From positions 1,908 through 65,907 of the forward strand of contig JBPPNF010000012.1 in the NCBI GenBank assembly GCA_051306435.1: a stretch of DNA of 64,000 nucleotides, in the 5' to 3' direction. The stretch comes from Solirubrobacterales bacterium. GTDB lineage: Bacteria > Actinomycetota > Thermoleophilia > Solirubrobacterales > JACPNS01. Numbering within the stretch: the stretch's first letter is position 1; every line of letters starts with the position of its first letter. A program made the position numbers and the translations under genes. Of the stretch, positions 46,789 to 56,086 are shown in pieces. The notes under the pieces are model-generated. The model ran no database searches. It worked only from the letters and a program-made list of their open reading frames with translations, and was not told the origin of the DNA.

Positions 46789-47412
46789 ATGGCCGAAAAA
46801 ATCTCCTTTCTGATCGTCGACGACCACCCCGTCCTGCGACAGGGCATCTCTGCGGTGCTGAAGTCCCAGTTCGAAGGCGCAACCGTTCGCGAAGCCGACA
46901 GCTACGACCAGGCCCTCGAGCTTGGCGAGAAGTCCGCGCCCGACGTGATCGTCGCCGACCCGAACCTCGGTGGTCTCGACGCGACCACCACGGTCTCGAA
47001 GCTGCGCCGCGGAATCGGCGTGCCGATCGTGGTCTTCGCGGACAACGGCGACATGCGCGTGCTCGCGCAGGCGCTGAAGGCCGGAGCCCGCGCATGTGTG
47101 CGCAAGGACTCTTCGGCCGATGTGCTCGCCGAAGCGATCGAATCGGCCCGTTCCGGCAAGTTCTTCATCGATCAGGCGCTGGCTGACGGCGCCACCTATG
47201 GCGGCGAGGACGGGGATCTCACCCTGACCGACCGCCAGCGCGAGATCCTGCAGATGTTCGCCGACGGTTTCCACACGGAAAAGGTCGCCGACGCGCTCGG
47301 GCTCTCCACGGAGACGATCCGCACGCACACCAAGCGGATCCTCGCAAAGCTGAATGCGAATACGCGCACTCACGCAGTCGCGATCGCAGTCCGCGCTCAG
47401 ATCCTCGATTAG
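46789..47412 (+). CDS. NarL/LuxR-family response regulator (orphan)
   Basis: LIVDDHPVLRQG receiver; LTDRQREIL..TIRTHTKRILAKL HTH. Confidence 0.92.
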   Translation: MAEKISFLIVDDHPVLRQGISAVLKSQFEGATVREADSYDQALELGEKSAPDVIVADPNLGGLDATTTVSKLRRGIGVPIVVFADNGDMRVLAQALKAGARACVRKDSSADVLAEAIESARSGKFFIDQALADGATYGGEDGDLTLTDRQREILQMFADGFHTEKVADALGLSTETIRTHTKRILAKLNANTRTHAVAIAVRAQILD

Positions 47413-47439
47413 TTCGTCGCGGCGATCAGCCGCAACGAA
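47413..47439. terminator. Hairpin between convergent luxR and glpX
   Basis: TTCGTCGCGGC-GATCA-GCCGCAACGAA. Confidence 0.6.
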
Positions 47440-47442
47440 AGG

Positions 47443-48450
47443 TCAGCCGTAACGCTCGCCGGTGATTTCGCGCAGCTTTGCGCGGTTGTGTGTGGCGAGG
47501 ACGCGGCGCACGGTGCCCGAGCGTGAGCGCATGATCAGCGACTCGGTCGTCGCCTTCTTGCGCGGGTAGCGCACGCCCTGGAGCATGTCGCCGTCGGTCA
47601 CGCCGGTGGCGGCGAAGAAGACGTCTTCGCCCTTCACCAGATCGTGCTCTGTGAGGATTCCTTCAAGGTCGTAGCCGCCGTCGAGCGCCTGCTGCTTCTC
47701 GTCGTCGTCGCGGGCGTAGAGTCGACCGACGAGGCGGCCACCCATGCAGTGGATCGCGGCGGCGGCGATGACGCCTTCGGGCGTTCCACCGATGCCCCAC
47801 AGGAGGTCAACCGGCGAGCGGTCGGAGACGGCCATCAGGGCGCCGGAGACGTCGCCGTCGGTGATGAAGCGGATGCGCGCGCCGGCCTTGCGGATTTCTT
47901 CGGCGCGCGGCATGTGGCGCTCGCGGTCGAGCATGATCACGAGTACGTCGGAAACTGTCTTGCTCTTGCGCGCGGCGATCAGCTCAAGGGTTTCGCCGAT
48001 CGGGCGGTCGAGGTCCAGGAGGTCGGCGATCTCGTCGGTGCCGGCCATCTTCTCCATGTACACACAAGGGCCCGGGTCGAACATCGTGCCGCGCTCTGAC
48101 AGCGCAATCACCGAGAGGGCTGACGGGAAGCCCTTGGCCGTGAGCGTGGTGCCCTCCAGCGGGTCCACGGCGATGTCGACCTCCGGCGGGCTGCCGTCGC
48201 CGATCTGCTCGCCGTTGTAGAGCATCGGGGCTTCGTCTTTCTCGCCCTCGCCGATCACGACCACGCCGTTCATCGGGACGGAGTCGAGAACGAACCGCAT
48301 CGCGTCCACGGCGGCCTGGTCTGCGGCGATCTTGTCGCCGTGTCCGACCCAGCGGGCGGAGGCCAGTGCGGCGGCTTCGGTCACGCGAACCAGCTCGAGC
48401 GCGAGGTTGCGGTCGGGGTGGCCTTCGGCTGCGTGAAGATTGCCTTCCAT
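47443..48450 (-). CDS. glpX: Fructose-1,6-bisphosphatase class II
   Basis: NLALELVRVTEAAA, GEGEKDEAPML, DPLEGT, DGDV, GIGGTPEG, ATGVTDG. Confidence 0.97.
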   Translation of the reverse strand: MEGNLHAAEGHPDRNLALELVRVTEAAALASARWVGHGDKIAADQAAVDAMRFVLDSVPMNGVVVIGEGEKDEAPMLYNGEQIGDGSPPEVDIAVDPLEGTTLTAKGFPSALSVIALSERGTMFDPGPCVYMEKMAGTDEIADLLDLDRPIGETLELIAARKSKTVSDVLVIMLDRERHMPRAEEIRKAGARIRFITDGDVSGALMAVSDRSPVDLLWGIGGTPEGVIAAAAIHCMGGRLVGRLYARDDDEKQQALDGGYDLEGILTEHDLVKGEDVFFAATGVTDGDMLQGVRYPRKKATTESLIMRSRSGTVRRVLATHNRAKLREITGERYG

Positions 48451-48515
48451 TTGCGCGGCCAACGATAGCGCGGAAGGCCGCCGCGCACGATCGGAATGCG
48501 CTTTATGATCGGCTG

Positions 48516-48908
48516 ATGACCTGGATGATCGTCGCGTTCGACGATGACACCCTGGCGGCCGTGCTCGACGATGCTCGCGTGCGGTCGCTGGATGAGGATC
48601 GCGACTTCGTGCTCGTCACGCCGCGATCCGACCGCTGGGGCAATGAGCGGTCGGTGGACAGTCAGTACCTGACCTCGCTTGACGACCGGGTTGACGGACT
48701 GTGCAAGGAGGGCGTCGAAATCGAACACGAATGGGTCGCGGGCGAGGATCTCGAGACCGAGGTGATTGAAGTCGGTCGCGCCCATGAAGTCGACGGCGTG
48801 GTGATCGCCCACCACAACCCCGACAAGTCGATCCCCGACCCGGGAGCGTTCGACGATTCAATCCGCGAGGAACTCGGTCTACCGCTGGACGTAATCTCAC
48901 TCGAGTGA
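48516..48908 (+). CDS. Acidic hypothetical protein (universal-stress-protein-like fold possible)
   Basis: beta-alpha pattern ending EVDGVVIAH..LGLPLDVI; coupled to the next gene. Confidence 0.6.
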   Translation: MTWMIVAFDDDTLAAVLDDARVRSLDEDRDFVLVTPRSDRWGNERSVDSQYLTSLDDRVDGLCKEGVEIEHEWVAGEDLETEVIEVGRAHEVDGVVIAHHNPDKSIPDPGAFDDSIREELGLPLDVISLE

Positions 48909-49570
48909 GACTGATCCTCGTACGCCACGGCGAGAGCGAATGGAATGCGATCGGCCGCCTGCAAGGCCAGGCCAATCCGCCGCTCTCCAAACTCGGTCGC
49001 CGTCAGGCGGCGCACATGGCCGCACGCCTTGTGGACGAGGGCGTCGACGCGATCGTCGCCTCGGATCTCGAACGCGCCTACCTGACAGCAGATGCGCTGG
49101 CTGCGTCCGTCGGCCTGGAAATCGTTCGCCGGGAGGATCTGCGCGAGGTCGACGTCGGCTCCTGGACCGGAACAACTCGCGAAGAGGTTGAGCGTGAAAA
49201 CCCTCAGGCCTGGACGCGTTGGCGCGTCGAGGGAATTGAAGGCTGGGAGGGCGGCGAGACCTATGCCGACGCCATGGTACGGGTTGGCGGGGCGATCTCT
49301 GAGCTGGCCGCAGTTCATGCCGATCAGACCGTCGTGGCGGTGACACACGGTGGTTGCATTCGTCTGGCGACCTGCCACCTGCTCGGGATGCCTGCGGCTG
49401 AGTTCGGCCGGATCATGTCGATCGGGAATGCGTCGCTCACGGAGTTTCTTGTCGAGCCGGACGGCACCGGTCGGCTCGTCAGGCTGAACGACACTGCGCA
49501 TCTGGCCGAGGTCACGACGGCCGACGACCTCGAGCCGACGGCCACCACGGAGTTCGACTCGATCTTCTGA
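48905..49570 (+). CDS. Histidine phosphatase (phosphoglycerate mutase family)
   Basis: LVRHGESEWN, LREVDVG.W, VTHGG. Confidence 0.93.
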   Translation: MRLILVRHGESEWNAIGRLQGQANPPLSKLGRRQAAHMAARLVDEGVDAIVASDLERAYLTADALAASVGLEIVRREDLREVDVGSWTGTTREEVERENPQAWTRWRVEGIEGWEGGETYADAMVRVGGAISELAAVHADQTVVAVTHGGCIRLATCHLLGMPAAEFGRIMSIGNASLTEFLVEPDGTGRLVRLNDTAHLAEVTTADDLEPTATTEFDSIF

Positions 49571-49613
49571 CGTCGCCGCGACAATCTGGCGCGGTTTGAA
49601 TACACTCTGCGGC

Positions 49614-50858
49614 ATGGATTTGCGAGACACGCCTGGGGAGGCGAAACTACGCGAAGAAATCCGTGGCTGGCTTGAGCAGAACTACAAGCCCGGGATTTCT
49701 CAGAGCGACTGGCACAAGGTGCTCGCCGATAGCGGATGGGCTGCGCCTTTGTGGCCCGAGCAGTACGGCGGACGTGGCGCGAGTGCCTCTGAAGCGATCA
49801 TCTTCAACCAGGAGCGCCACAACATCGGCGCTGAACCGCCGCCAACCGGTATCGGTGTGCCGATGGCCGGTCCGACGATCATCACCCACGGCACCGAGGA
49901 GCAGAAGGAGCGCTTCCTCGGACCGATGCTTCGCGGCGAAGAAGTCTGGTGCCAACTCTTCAGTGAACCCGGCGCCGGCAGCGACCTTGCTGCGATCCAG
50001 ACGCGCGCCGAGTTGAAGGGCGACACGTGGCACATTTCCGGCCAGAAGGTCTGGACGACGCACGCGCAGCTCGCGCGCTGGGGAATTCTGATGGCGCGCC
50101 ACGACCCGGCGTTGCCCAAACACGCCGGCATCACCTACTTCATCATGGACATGGAGGCCGAGGGCGTCGAGATCGTCCCCCTGAAAGAGATGACCGGCGA
50201 GGCCGTTTTCAATGAAGTCTTCATGACCGACGTTGTGATCCCCGACGACCTGCGCATTGGACATGTGGGCGAAGGTTGGAAGGTCTCGATGACCACGCTC
50301 GCCAACGAACGCATGTCGCTCGGTGTCAGCGGACTCACCAGCACCGACGAGGACGCCGAAGTGAATCTCGAGGAGGCCGATGCTGAGTCCGCGCTCGAGA
50401 CCATGGGCAGGTTCATCCAACGCGGCCCTCGCGCATTGATCGCGCTTGCAGAGAGGGCCGGCGTGATCGACGATCCGTTGATCCGCGACGACCTGGCCCG
50501 CGTTTACACGATGTACGAGGTCGGTCGTTTCACCGGCTATCGCGTGATGACCGCGCTGATGAAGGGCCGTGGCCCCGGCGTTGAGGCCTCGACCGGAAAG
50601 CTTTCCTACAACCTGCTCGTGCGCGCAGTCGCGGATATGATGATCAAGATCGCCGGCGTCGGCGCGCTTGGTGCACCCGAGGACGACAAGCTCCTGAAGG
50701 TTGCCGAGCGCCTGAACCTCGCGGTCCCCGCCACCTCGATTTACGGCGGCACCGACCAGATCCAGCGCAACATCGTCAGCGAGCGCGTCCTTGGCATGCC
50801 CAAGGAACCGCGCACCGACGCCGCGCAGCCGTTCTCAGAGATCAGGAAGGGCGGCTGA
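49614..50858 (+). CDS. Acyl-CoA dehydrogenase (catalytic subunit of a probable heteromeric pair)
   Basis: WCQLFSEPGAGSDLA, GQKVWTT, FNEVF, TLANER, IYGGTDQIQRNI. Confidence 0.95.
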   Translation: MDLRDTPGEAKLREEIRGWLEQNYKPGISQSDWHKVLADSGWAAPLWPEQYGGRGASASEAIIFNQERHNIGAEPPPTGIGVPMAGPTIITHGTEEQKERFLGPMLRGEEVWCQLFSEPGAGSDLAAIQTRAELKGDTWHISGQKVWTTHAQLARWGILMARHDPALPKHAGITYFIMDMEAEGVEIVPLKEMTGEAVFNEVFMTDVVIPDDLRIGHVGEGWKVSMTTLANERMSLGVSGLTSTDEDAEVNLEEADAESALETMGRFIQRGPRALIALAERAGVIDDPLIRDDLARVYTMYEVGRFTGYRVMTALMKGRGPGVEASTGKLSYNLLVRAVADMMIKIAGVGALGAPEDDKLLKVAERLNLAVPATSIYGGTDQIQRNIVSERVLGMPKEPRTDAAQPFSEIRKGG

Positions 50859-50861
50859 CGA

Positions 50862-52025
50862 ATGGACTTCGCATTCAACGATGAGCAGCGCGAGATCCAG
50901 GAATCGGCCAGGCGGCTGATCGCCGAGACCGCTTCGCTCGATCAGGTCGTCGCGCTCGCAGGCAGCGAGCTCGGCTACGACACCGACGCCTACAAACACA
51001 TCGCTGAACTCGGCTGGACCGGCATGCACGTGCCCGAGGAGTTCGGTGGGGTTGGACTTTCTTACGTCGAGCTGATCGTCGTGCTCGAACAGATGGGTGG
51101 ATCGCTCTATCCGTCGCCGTTCTTTGCGAGCGTCTGTCTCGCCGCGAACGCGCTGATCGAGGGATCGAAGATCGCCCCGCTTTCAGAGGACAACGCAGCG
51201 CTGCTCGCCGCGATCGCCGCGGGTGAGAAGACCGCGACGCTCGCCTACACGGAGCCTGGTGGTAAGTACATCCCGCGCGATGTGAAGCTCGCTGCCAAGC
51301 GTGATGGCGACGACTATGTCTTGAACGGAACCAAGAGCTACGTGCTCGACGGGCACACGGCTGACGCGATCATCACCGTCGCCCGCTTCGGCGAGGCGGA
51401 TGGCGAGATCGTCCTGCTGGCGGTGCCCGGCGATGCTCCCGGCCTCACTCGCACAGAAGCCCACGCCGTCGACCCGACCCGCAAGCTCGCGCTGCTCGAA
51501 TTCAACGACGTGCGCGTTCCGGCCAGCGCCGTGATCGGCGACCCGGAGTTCGCGTGGAGCACTTTGAACCCGACGATGCAGCTCGGCGCAGTCGCGCTGG
51601 CCGCAGAATCGCTCGGCGCCGCGCAACACTGTTTTGACACCGCGCTCGCCTACACCAAGGACCGTGTGCAGTTTGGTCGCCCGATCGCGTCGTTCCAGGT
51701 GATCAAGCACATCTGCGCCGACCTGCTGATGGCCGTCGAGGGATCGCGCAGCGCCGCCTACTACGCCGGCTGGGTCGCCGCGGAGCAGCGCGAAGAGTTG
51801 CCGGCGATAGCGCCGCTCGCGAAGGCTCAGGTGTGTGAGGCCTTCTGGGACGTCTCCAAGGGGAACATCCAGCTGCACGGCGGCATCGGCTTCACGTATG
51901 AGCACGAGGCGCACTACTACTACCGCCGCGCCACCTCAAGCCGAGTACTGCTCGGCGACACGAGCTTCAACCGCGAGATGCTGCTTCAGGGTCTTGGCGT
52001 TGCGCCGGTCGGCGCGCCGAGCTAG
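50862..52025 (+). CDS. Acyl-CoA dehydrogenase (partner subunit)
   Basis: R.QFGRPIASFQ.IKH, QLHGGIGFTYEH; adjacent to a second ACAD, as in FadE26/27-type pairs. Confidence 0.93.
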   Translation: MDFAFNDEQREIQESARRLIAETASLDQVVALAGSELGYDTDAYKHIAELGWTGMHVPEEFGGVGLSYVELIVVLEQMGGSLYPSPFFASVCLAANALIEGSKIAPLSEDNAALLAAIAAGEKTATLAYTEPGGKYIPRDVKLAAKRDGDDYVLNGTKSYVLDGHTADAIITVARFGEADGEIVLLAVPGDAPGLTRTEAHAVDPTRKLALLEFNDVRVPASAVIGDPEFAWSTLNPTMQLGAVALAAESLGAAQHCFDTALAYTKDRVQFGRPIASFQVIKHICADLLMAVEGSRSAAYYAGWVAAEQREELPAIAPLAKAQVCEAFWDVSKGNIQLHGGIGFTYEHEAHYYYRRATSSRVLLGDTSFNREMLLQGLGVAPVGAPS

Positions 52026-52500
52026 CTGTCGAACCCCAACACCTCCCGAACGCGATCCATCGGAGGCCGGTCGCCGAGCGCGCTGTGCGTGCGCCGCTCG
52101 TTGTAATGGTCGATCCAGCGTGGCAATGACTCACGTCTTGCCGCGCGTGAGGCGTATTCCATCGCGTAGGCCCACTCGCGACCGAGCGTCTGTTGGAAAC
52201 GCTCGACCTTGCCGAACTTCTTGACGTCCATGTGCAGGAGGTTTCCCGGACAGGGCCACTCGTAGTGGACGACCTCCGGGGCCGGGGGCTTTGGGCGCCT
52301 TGAGCAGCCGCCCCGCACGAGTACGCGATGAACGGTCGCGTGCGAGCGAGACACCGATGGATCGTCGGCCAGCCTTCTCGGGCTCCAGCCCTTCTCCTCG
52401 CGCAGCTCGCAGATCGCTCTGGCCTTCGTCCTCTGGCACCTGCTTTGGCGAACTGTGCGGCCGGCAGGAGCGGTCTCTCAGGCAGGTGAGACAGTGGCGT
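52022..52500 (-). mobile_element. IS481-family transposase remnant (frameshifted, core DDE region deleted)
   Basis: LRDRSCRPHSSP / ICELR..GW.PRRLA / LLHMDVKKFGK joined directly to VERFQQTL.REWAY / HYN..R.HSALG..P; terminal TGT at 52027. Confidence 0.85.
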
Positions 52501-52707
52501 TCTCGACTTCCGGAAAAGTTTCGTTGACCTGATCTCCGATGATGCGCGGCGTTCTGGTTTCGCGTCGCCCATCACCGCCGCAGTTTTTGCAGCAGAACCC
52601 GATTCGTGATCATGCGATGTTGTCGAACAATCTGAGGATTCCGGAACGACGTTGTCAGTCTGTCGATTGTCAATCTGCCGTGCGGGGTATCCGCTATTCG
52701 CTTGGAT

Positions 52708-53367
52708 TCACGGCTGCGTCGCGCAACGGGGCTGCTTGCTGAGCGGCTGGGTCCGGTAGACAAATCCTCCCGGCAGGCGGACCTCTCCCACGATGTCCAC
52801 AAACGTATTGCCCGATACGACCGACCCCGGTGCCGGACACTGCTGAACAACACGGGTCAGTGCGTCTAGCTGCCAAGGCTTCGGTGCTGGTGAACCGCTC
52901 TGGCGTCCATGGCATCCATCCGTCGAGACAAGCAAGCCAGCGCCCTTCACCGCGCCAACCGCGTGGGCAACGTCTTGACCAACTACGTTCGGCGTGGTGC
53001 TCGGGGAATCATTGGGAAGCACCAAGACCTCTGGACAGATCCCATCCAGGGTCTTCGCGGGGTGTCGGCTAATCCGCACTCCGTAATGGGCTCGAAGGTA
53101 TTCGATGTTTGCGGGCGTCGGATTGATCAATTCAACTGGCTTTCGTCTGTTTATCGACCCACCGTTTGCGGCGAGGAATATTCCTGCCTTCGAGAGTTTT
53201 CGATTGTCTTGCTCTAATTGACGGGACCCCGCTTGCCCCTTCTCGGCGATGGTCGCGACCGGCTGCGCAGGCGGGATCCTCCCGTAGAAGACGGCGACTA
53301 GCGCGACTGCAGTGCAAATCATTGCGACGGTCAGGCCGAGGCGACGTGTGTGTTTGGCACCAATCAT
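52708..53367 (-). CDS. Secreted PASTA-domain protein
   Basis: N-terminal TM; PNVVGQDVAHAVGAVKGAGL and VVQQCPAPGSVV PASTA blocks; AT-richer codons. Confidence 0.7.
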   Translation of the reverse strand: MIGAKHTRRLGLTVAMICTAVALVAVFYGRIPPAQPVATIAEKGQAGSRQLEQDNRKLSKAGIFLAANGGSINRRKPVELINPTPANIEYLRAHYGVRISRHPAKTLDGICPEVLVLPNDSPSTTPNVVGQDVAHAVGAVKGAGLLVSTDGCHGRQSGSPAPKPWQLDALTRVVQQCPAPGSVVSGNTFVDIVGEVRLPGGFVYRTQPLSKQPRCATQP

Positions 53368-53445
53368 GATCTGGATTGTCCCAAAAACACGGAAGCAGCA
53401 GGTCGAATTCCCGCAGGGCTCCCACTGCACTTGAATAGAGCGAAT

Positions 53446-53466
53446 TGAACCACCCCGGGTCTAACA
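53446..53466. mobile_element. Isolated IS3-type terminal inverted repeat scar
   Basis: TGAACCACCCCGGGTCT is 15/17 identical to the IS3 end at 26444-26460 and sits exactly at the SGNH truncation point. Confidence 0.6.
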
Positions 53467-53852
53467 CCGATCGAGATCGTCACGAGCGTCTCGGTGCCGT
53501 TCAGCGTGTCGAACTGTGGCGGCGCGGTGTCCTCGTAGGCCATGGTCGAGGGGTTCCAGAGCTCCTGGGTGGTCGTGAAGTCGTTGACCCACGCGGCGCT
53601 GCATGCGGCCGATGCGAAATTGCTGATGTCGAACGCGGAGGCGACGAAGACCGGGTAGCTGTTCTGCGTCTGCCAGCAGAGCGGGCGTGAGCCCGGATAC
53701 TGCGTGCCGAGGCTACCGGAGTCGCCGACCGCGACGTAGCGTCCGGCCGCGCCGGCCTGCCCCGCGCCGAGGGCCGAGAGTCCGAACGCGAAAAACGCGA
53801 CGGCAATGAGGGCCACATGGGGCGTGGTCAGTCGTGGAAAGAGTGCTTGCAT
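53467..53852 (-). pseudogene. Truncated secreted SGNH/GDSL hydrolase (N-terminal half)
   Basis: YVAVGDS, ACS, PPQFDTL, VTISIG; homology to the neighbouring paralog stops just before the G.ND block. Confidence 0.85.
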
Positions 53853-53879
53853 CGAGAGGTGGAGCCTTATCCTTGGCCC

Positions 53880-54767
53880 TTACTCCTGAGCATCCAGTTT
53901 AGATCGCTTCACTGATTCGACAAGTGCAGCGGCCGCGGCCTTCGATCCCGCAAGGTTCGGATGCAGCGGCCAGCCGGCCGCGCCCACGCCCTTCACCGGG
54001 TTGGTCCAGCGCCGGCCGGCGGGCTGGCACGCATCGTGTCCGACGCCGGCCGCGAACAGGTCCACGAAGATCGCTTCGTTCGCCTCGGCAGTAGTCCTGA
54101 GCGTCTGGTTGATCGCCTTCTGCCAGCCGAAGACGAGCTGCGCGTCTGAGTTCGAGACGTTCACCTTTCCCCAGCAGCCGGCGCCGCCGGCGGGAACCAT
54201 CGGGGCGTAGCCGACCACAAAGATCCTGGCTTGCGGGGAGTGCTCGCGAACCTCTGAGAGTCTCTCGCTCAGCGGCGCGGCCAGCGTGGCGGCCACCTGT
54301 TCGAGCTGATTGCCACCCGCGGTCACGTACTTGTCCTCGCACGGCGTGTCTTCAGGATTCTTGGCCTTGAGGCAGTTCTCGGTCACCTCGCCGTAGCCCG
54401 CATCGTTGTCGCCGATCGTGATGCTGACGACCGTCTCATTGCCCTTCAGAGCATCGAACTGCGGCGGAGCCCTGCCGTCGGGATAAAGCGCGATCTCATC
54501 GCTGAAGGCATTCATGCCTGCTCCGCTGCATGCGACCGACTCGAACTCCTCGAGGTTCAACTGCTCGGCGGCGAAGGCGGGGTATCCACTGTCGGTCCGG
54601 AAACAGTTCTCCGGCGCGCCGGTCTCTGGGGTGGGCAGCCCCGCTCCGCTTGCATTTGAGTCGCCGAGTGCCACGTATCGGCTCGCGTTCGAGGGCGCGG
54701 GATCAGTGCCGCAGCCGGCGAGAATCGCGGCCAGAAACACGAACATGATCGTTGCGATCGGGCGCAT
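53880..54767 (-). CDS. SGNH/GDSL hydrolase lipoprotein
   Basis: Lipobox LAGC; YVALGDS, ACSGA, SITIGDND, HPN. Confidence 0.92.
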   Translation of the reverse strand: MRPIATIMFVFLAAILAGCGTDPAPSNASRYVALGDSNASGAGLPTPETGAPENCFRTDSGYPAFAAEQLNLEEFESVACSGAGMNAFSDEIALYPDGRAPPQFDALKGNETVVSITIGDNDAGYGEVTENCLKAKNPEDTPCEDKYVTAGGNQLEQVAATLAAPLSERLSEVREHSPQARIFVVGYAPMVPAGGAGCWGKVNVSNSDAQLVFGWQKAINQTLRTTAEANEAIFVDLFAAGVGHDACQPAGRRWTNPVKGVGAAGWPLHPNLAGSKAAAAALVESVKRSKLDAQE

Positions 54768-54898
54768 CGGGCCAGTCTAGGTGCGCTCAGATCAGCAGAG
54801 TCCGAACGATCGTGCGGTAATGTTTTTGACCCCGGGAACCCATCCTCCCGACCAGATTTTTCCTCACCACTTCCCCTCACCAGCGCAAGGAGCGTTAC

Positions 54899-56056
54899 AT
54901 GCCTGATGCAGTAATCGTCGACGTCGTCCGTACCCCGATCGGCCGTGCCTTCAAGGGCTCGCTCGCCGGTGAGCGTGCCGAGGACCTTGGAGCTTTCGCG
55001 ATCAAGACCCTCGTCGAGAAGTACAAGGACGCGGTCGCGCCCGAGGACTACGACGAGGTCATCCTCGGCGTCGGCTTCCCCGACAACGAGCAGGGCTACA
55101 ACGTCGGCCGCAACGCCTGGCTGCTGGCCGGCTACCCCGAGTCGGTTCCGGGCCACATCGTCTCGCGCTTCTGCGCGTCGTCGGTGCAGAGCATCCGCTC
55201 GGCCGCCAACTCGATCATCGCCGGCGACGGCGAGATCTACCTCGCCGGTGGCCTCGAGGCCTCCAGCCGGGCCGGCGCAAGCCCGGACTTCACGATGCAC
55301 CCCAAGCTCGACGGCTCTGAGGGTTCACTCTGGAACGTCTACATCCCGATGGGTGTGACGGCCGAGAACGTCGCCGAGCGCTACGGAGTCAGCCGCGAGG
55401 AGCAGGACGAATTCGCCGCGCGCAGCCAGCAGCTTGCTGTTGAGGGTCAGGAGAACGGCTTCTGGGATCGCGAGATCACGCCGTACACGGCCAAGGACGG
55501 CGTTGTCGTCGCCAAGGACGACGGCCCGCGCGCCGGCACCACGGTCGAGAAGCTCGCGGGACTGAACCCGGTCTTCAAGCCCGAGGGCGGCACGGTCACG
55601 GCCGGCAACGCCTGCCCGCTCAACGACGGCGCGGCAGCCGCGCTGATCATGAGCGCCGACAAGGCCGCAGAGCTCGGCCTCACGCCGCGCGCGAAGATCA
55701 TCGGAGCAGTCGCCGGCGGAGTCGAGCCTGAGTACATGGGCGTCGGTCCGATCCCGGCAGTCGAGAAGCTGCTCAAGCGCACCGGAATGTCCGTTGGCGA
55801 CATCGACCTCTTCGAGATCAACGAGGCCTTCGCCGCGCAGGTTCTTCCGAGCGCCGAGCAGCTGAACATTCCGATCGACAAGATCAACGTCCAGGGTGGA
55901 GCGATCGCCGTCGGCCATCCGTTCGGCATGACCGGAGCACGCATCATGGGCACGCTGCTGAACAACCTCGAGACCAATGACAAGCAGTTCGGTCTTGAGA
56001 CGATGTGCGTCGCCGGTGGTCAGGGAATGGCCATCATCGTCGAGCGCCTGAACTAG
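54899..56056 (+). CDS. Acetyl-CoA C-acyltransferase (thiolase)
   Basis: RFCASS, NEAFA, GHPFG.TG, TMCVAGGQG; AAGGAG RBS. Confidence 0.96.
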   Translation: MPDAVIVDVVRTPIGRAFKGSLAGERAEDLGAFAIKTLVEKYKDAVAPEDYDEVILGVGFPDNEQGYNVGRNAWLLAGYPESVPGHIVSRFCASSVQSIRSAANSIIAGDGEIYLAGGLEASSRAGASPDFTMHPKLDGSEGSLWNVYIPMGVTAENVAERYGVSREEQDEFAARSQQLAVEGQENGFWDREITPYTAKDGVVVAKDDGPRAGTTVEKLAGLNPVFKPEGGTVTAGNACPLNDGAAAALIMSADKAAELGLTPRAKIIGAVAGGVEPEYMGVGPIPAVEKLLKRTGMSVGDIDLFEINEAFAAQVLPSAEQLNIPIDKINVQGGAIAVGHPFGMTGARIMGTLLNNLETNDKQFGLETMCVAGGQGMAIIVERLN

Positions 56057-56086
56057 CCTCCCCCGCATCGTCGGGTCAAGCAAAAT

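Noticed and set aside
53446-53466. TGTTAGACCC... as the left end of the IS481 element, making 52027-53466 one transposon
   Set aside because: Poor match to the IS481 right end (TGTCGAACCCC). The opposite strand matches the IS3-type end at 26444 much better.
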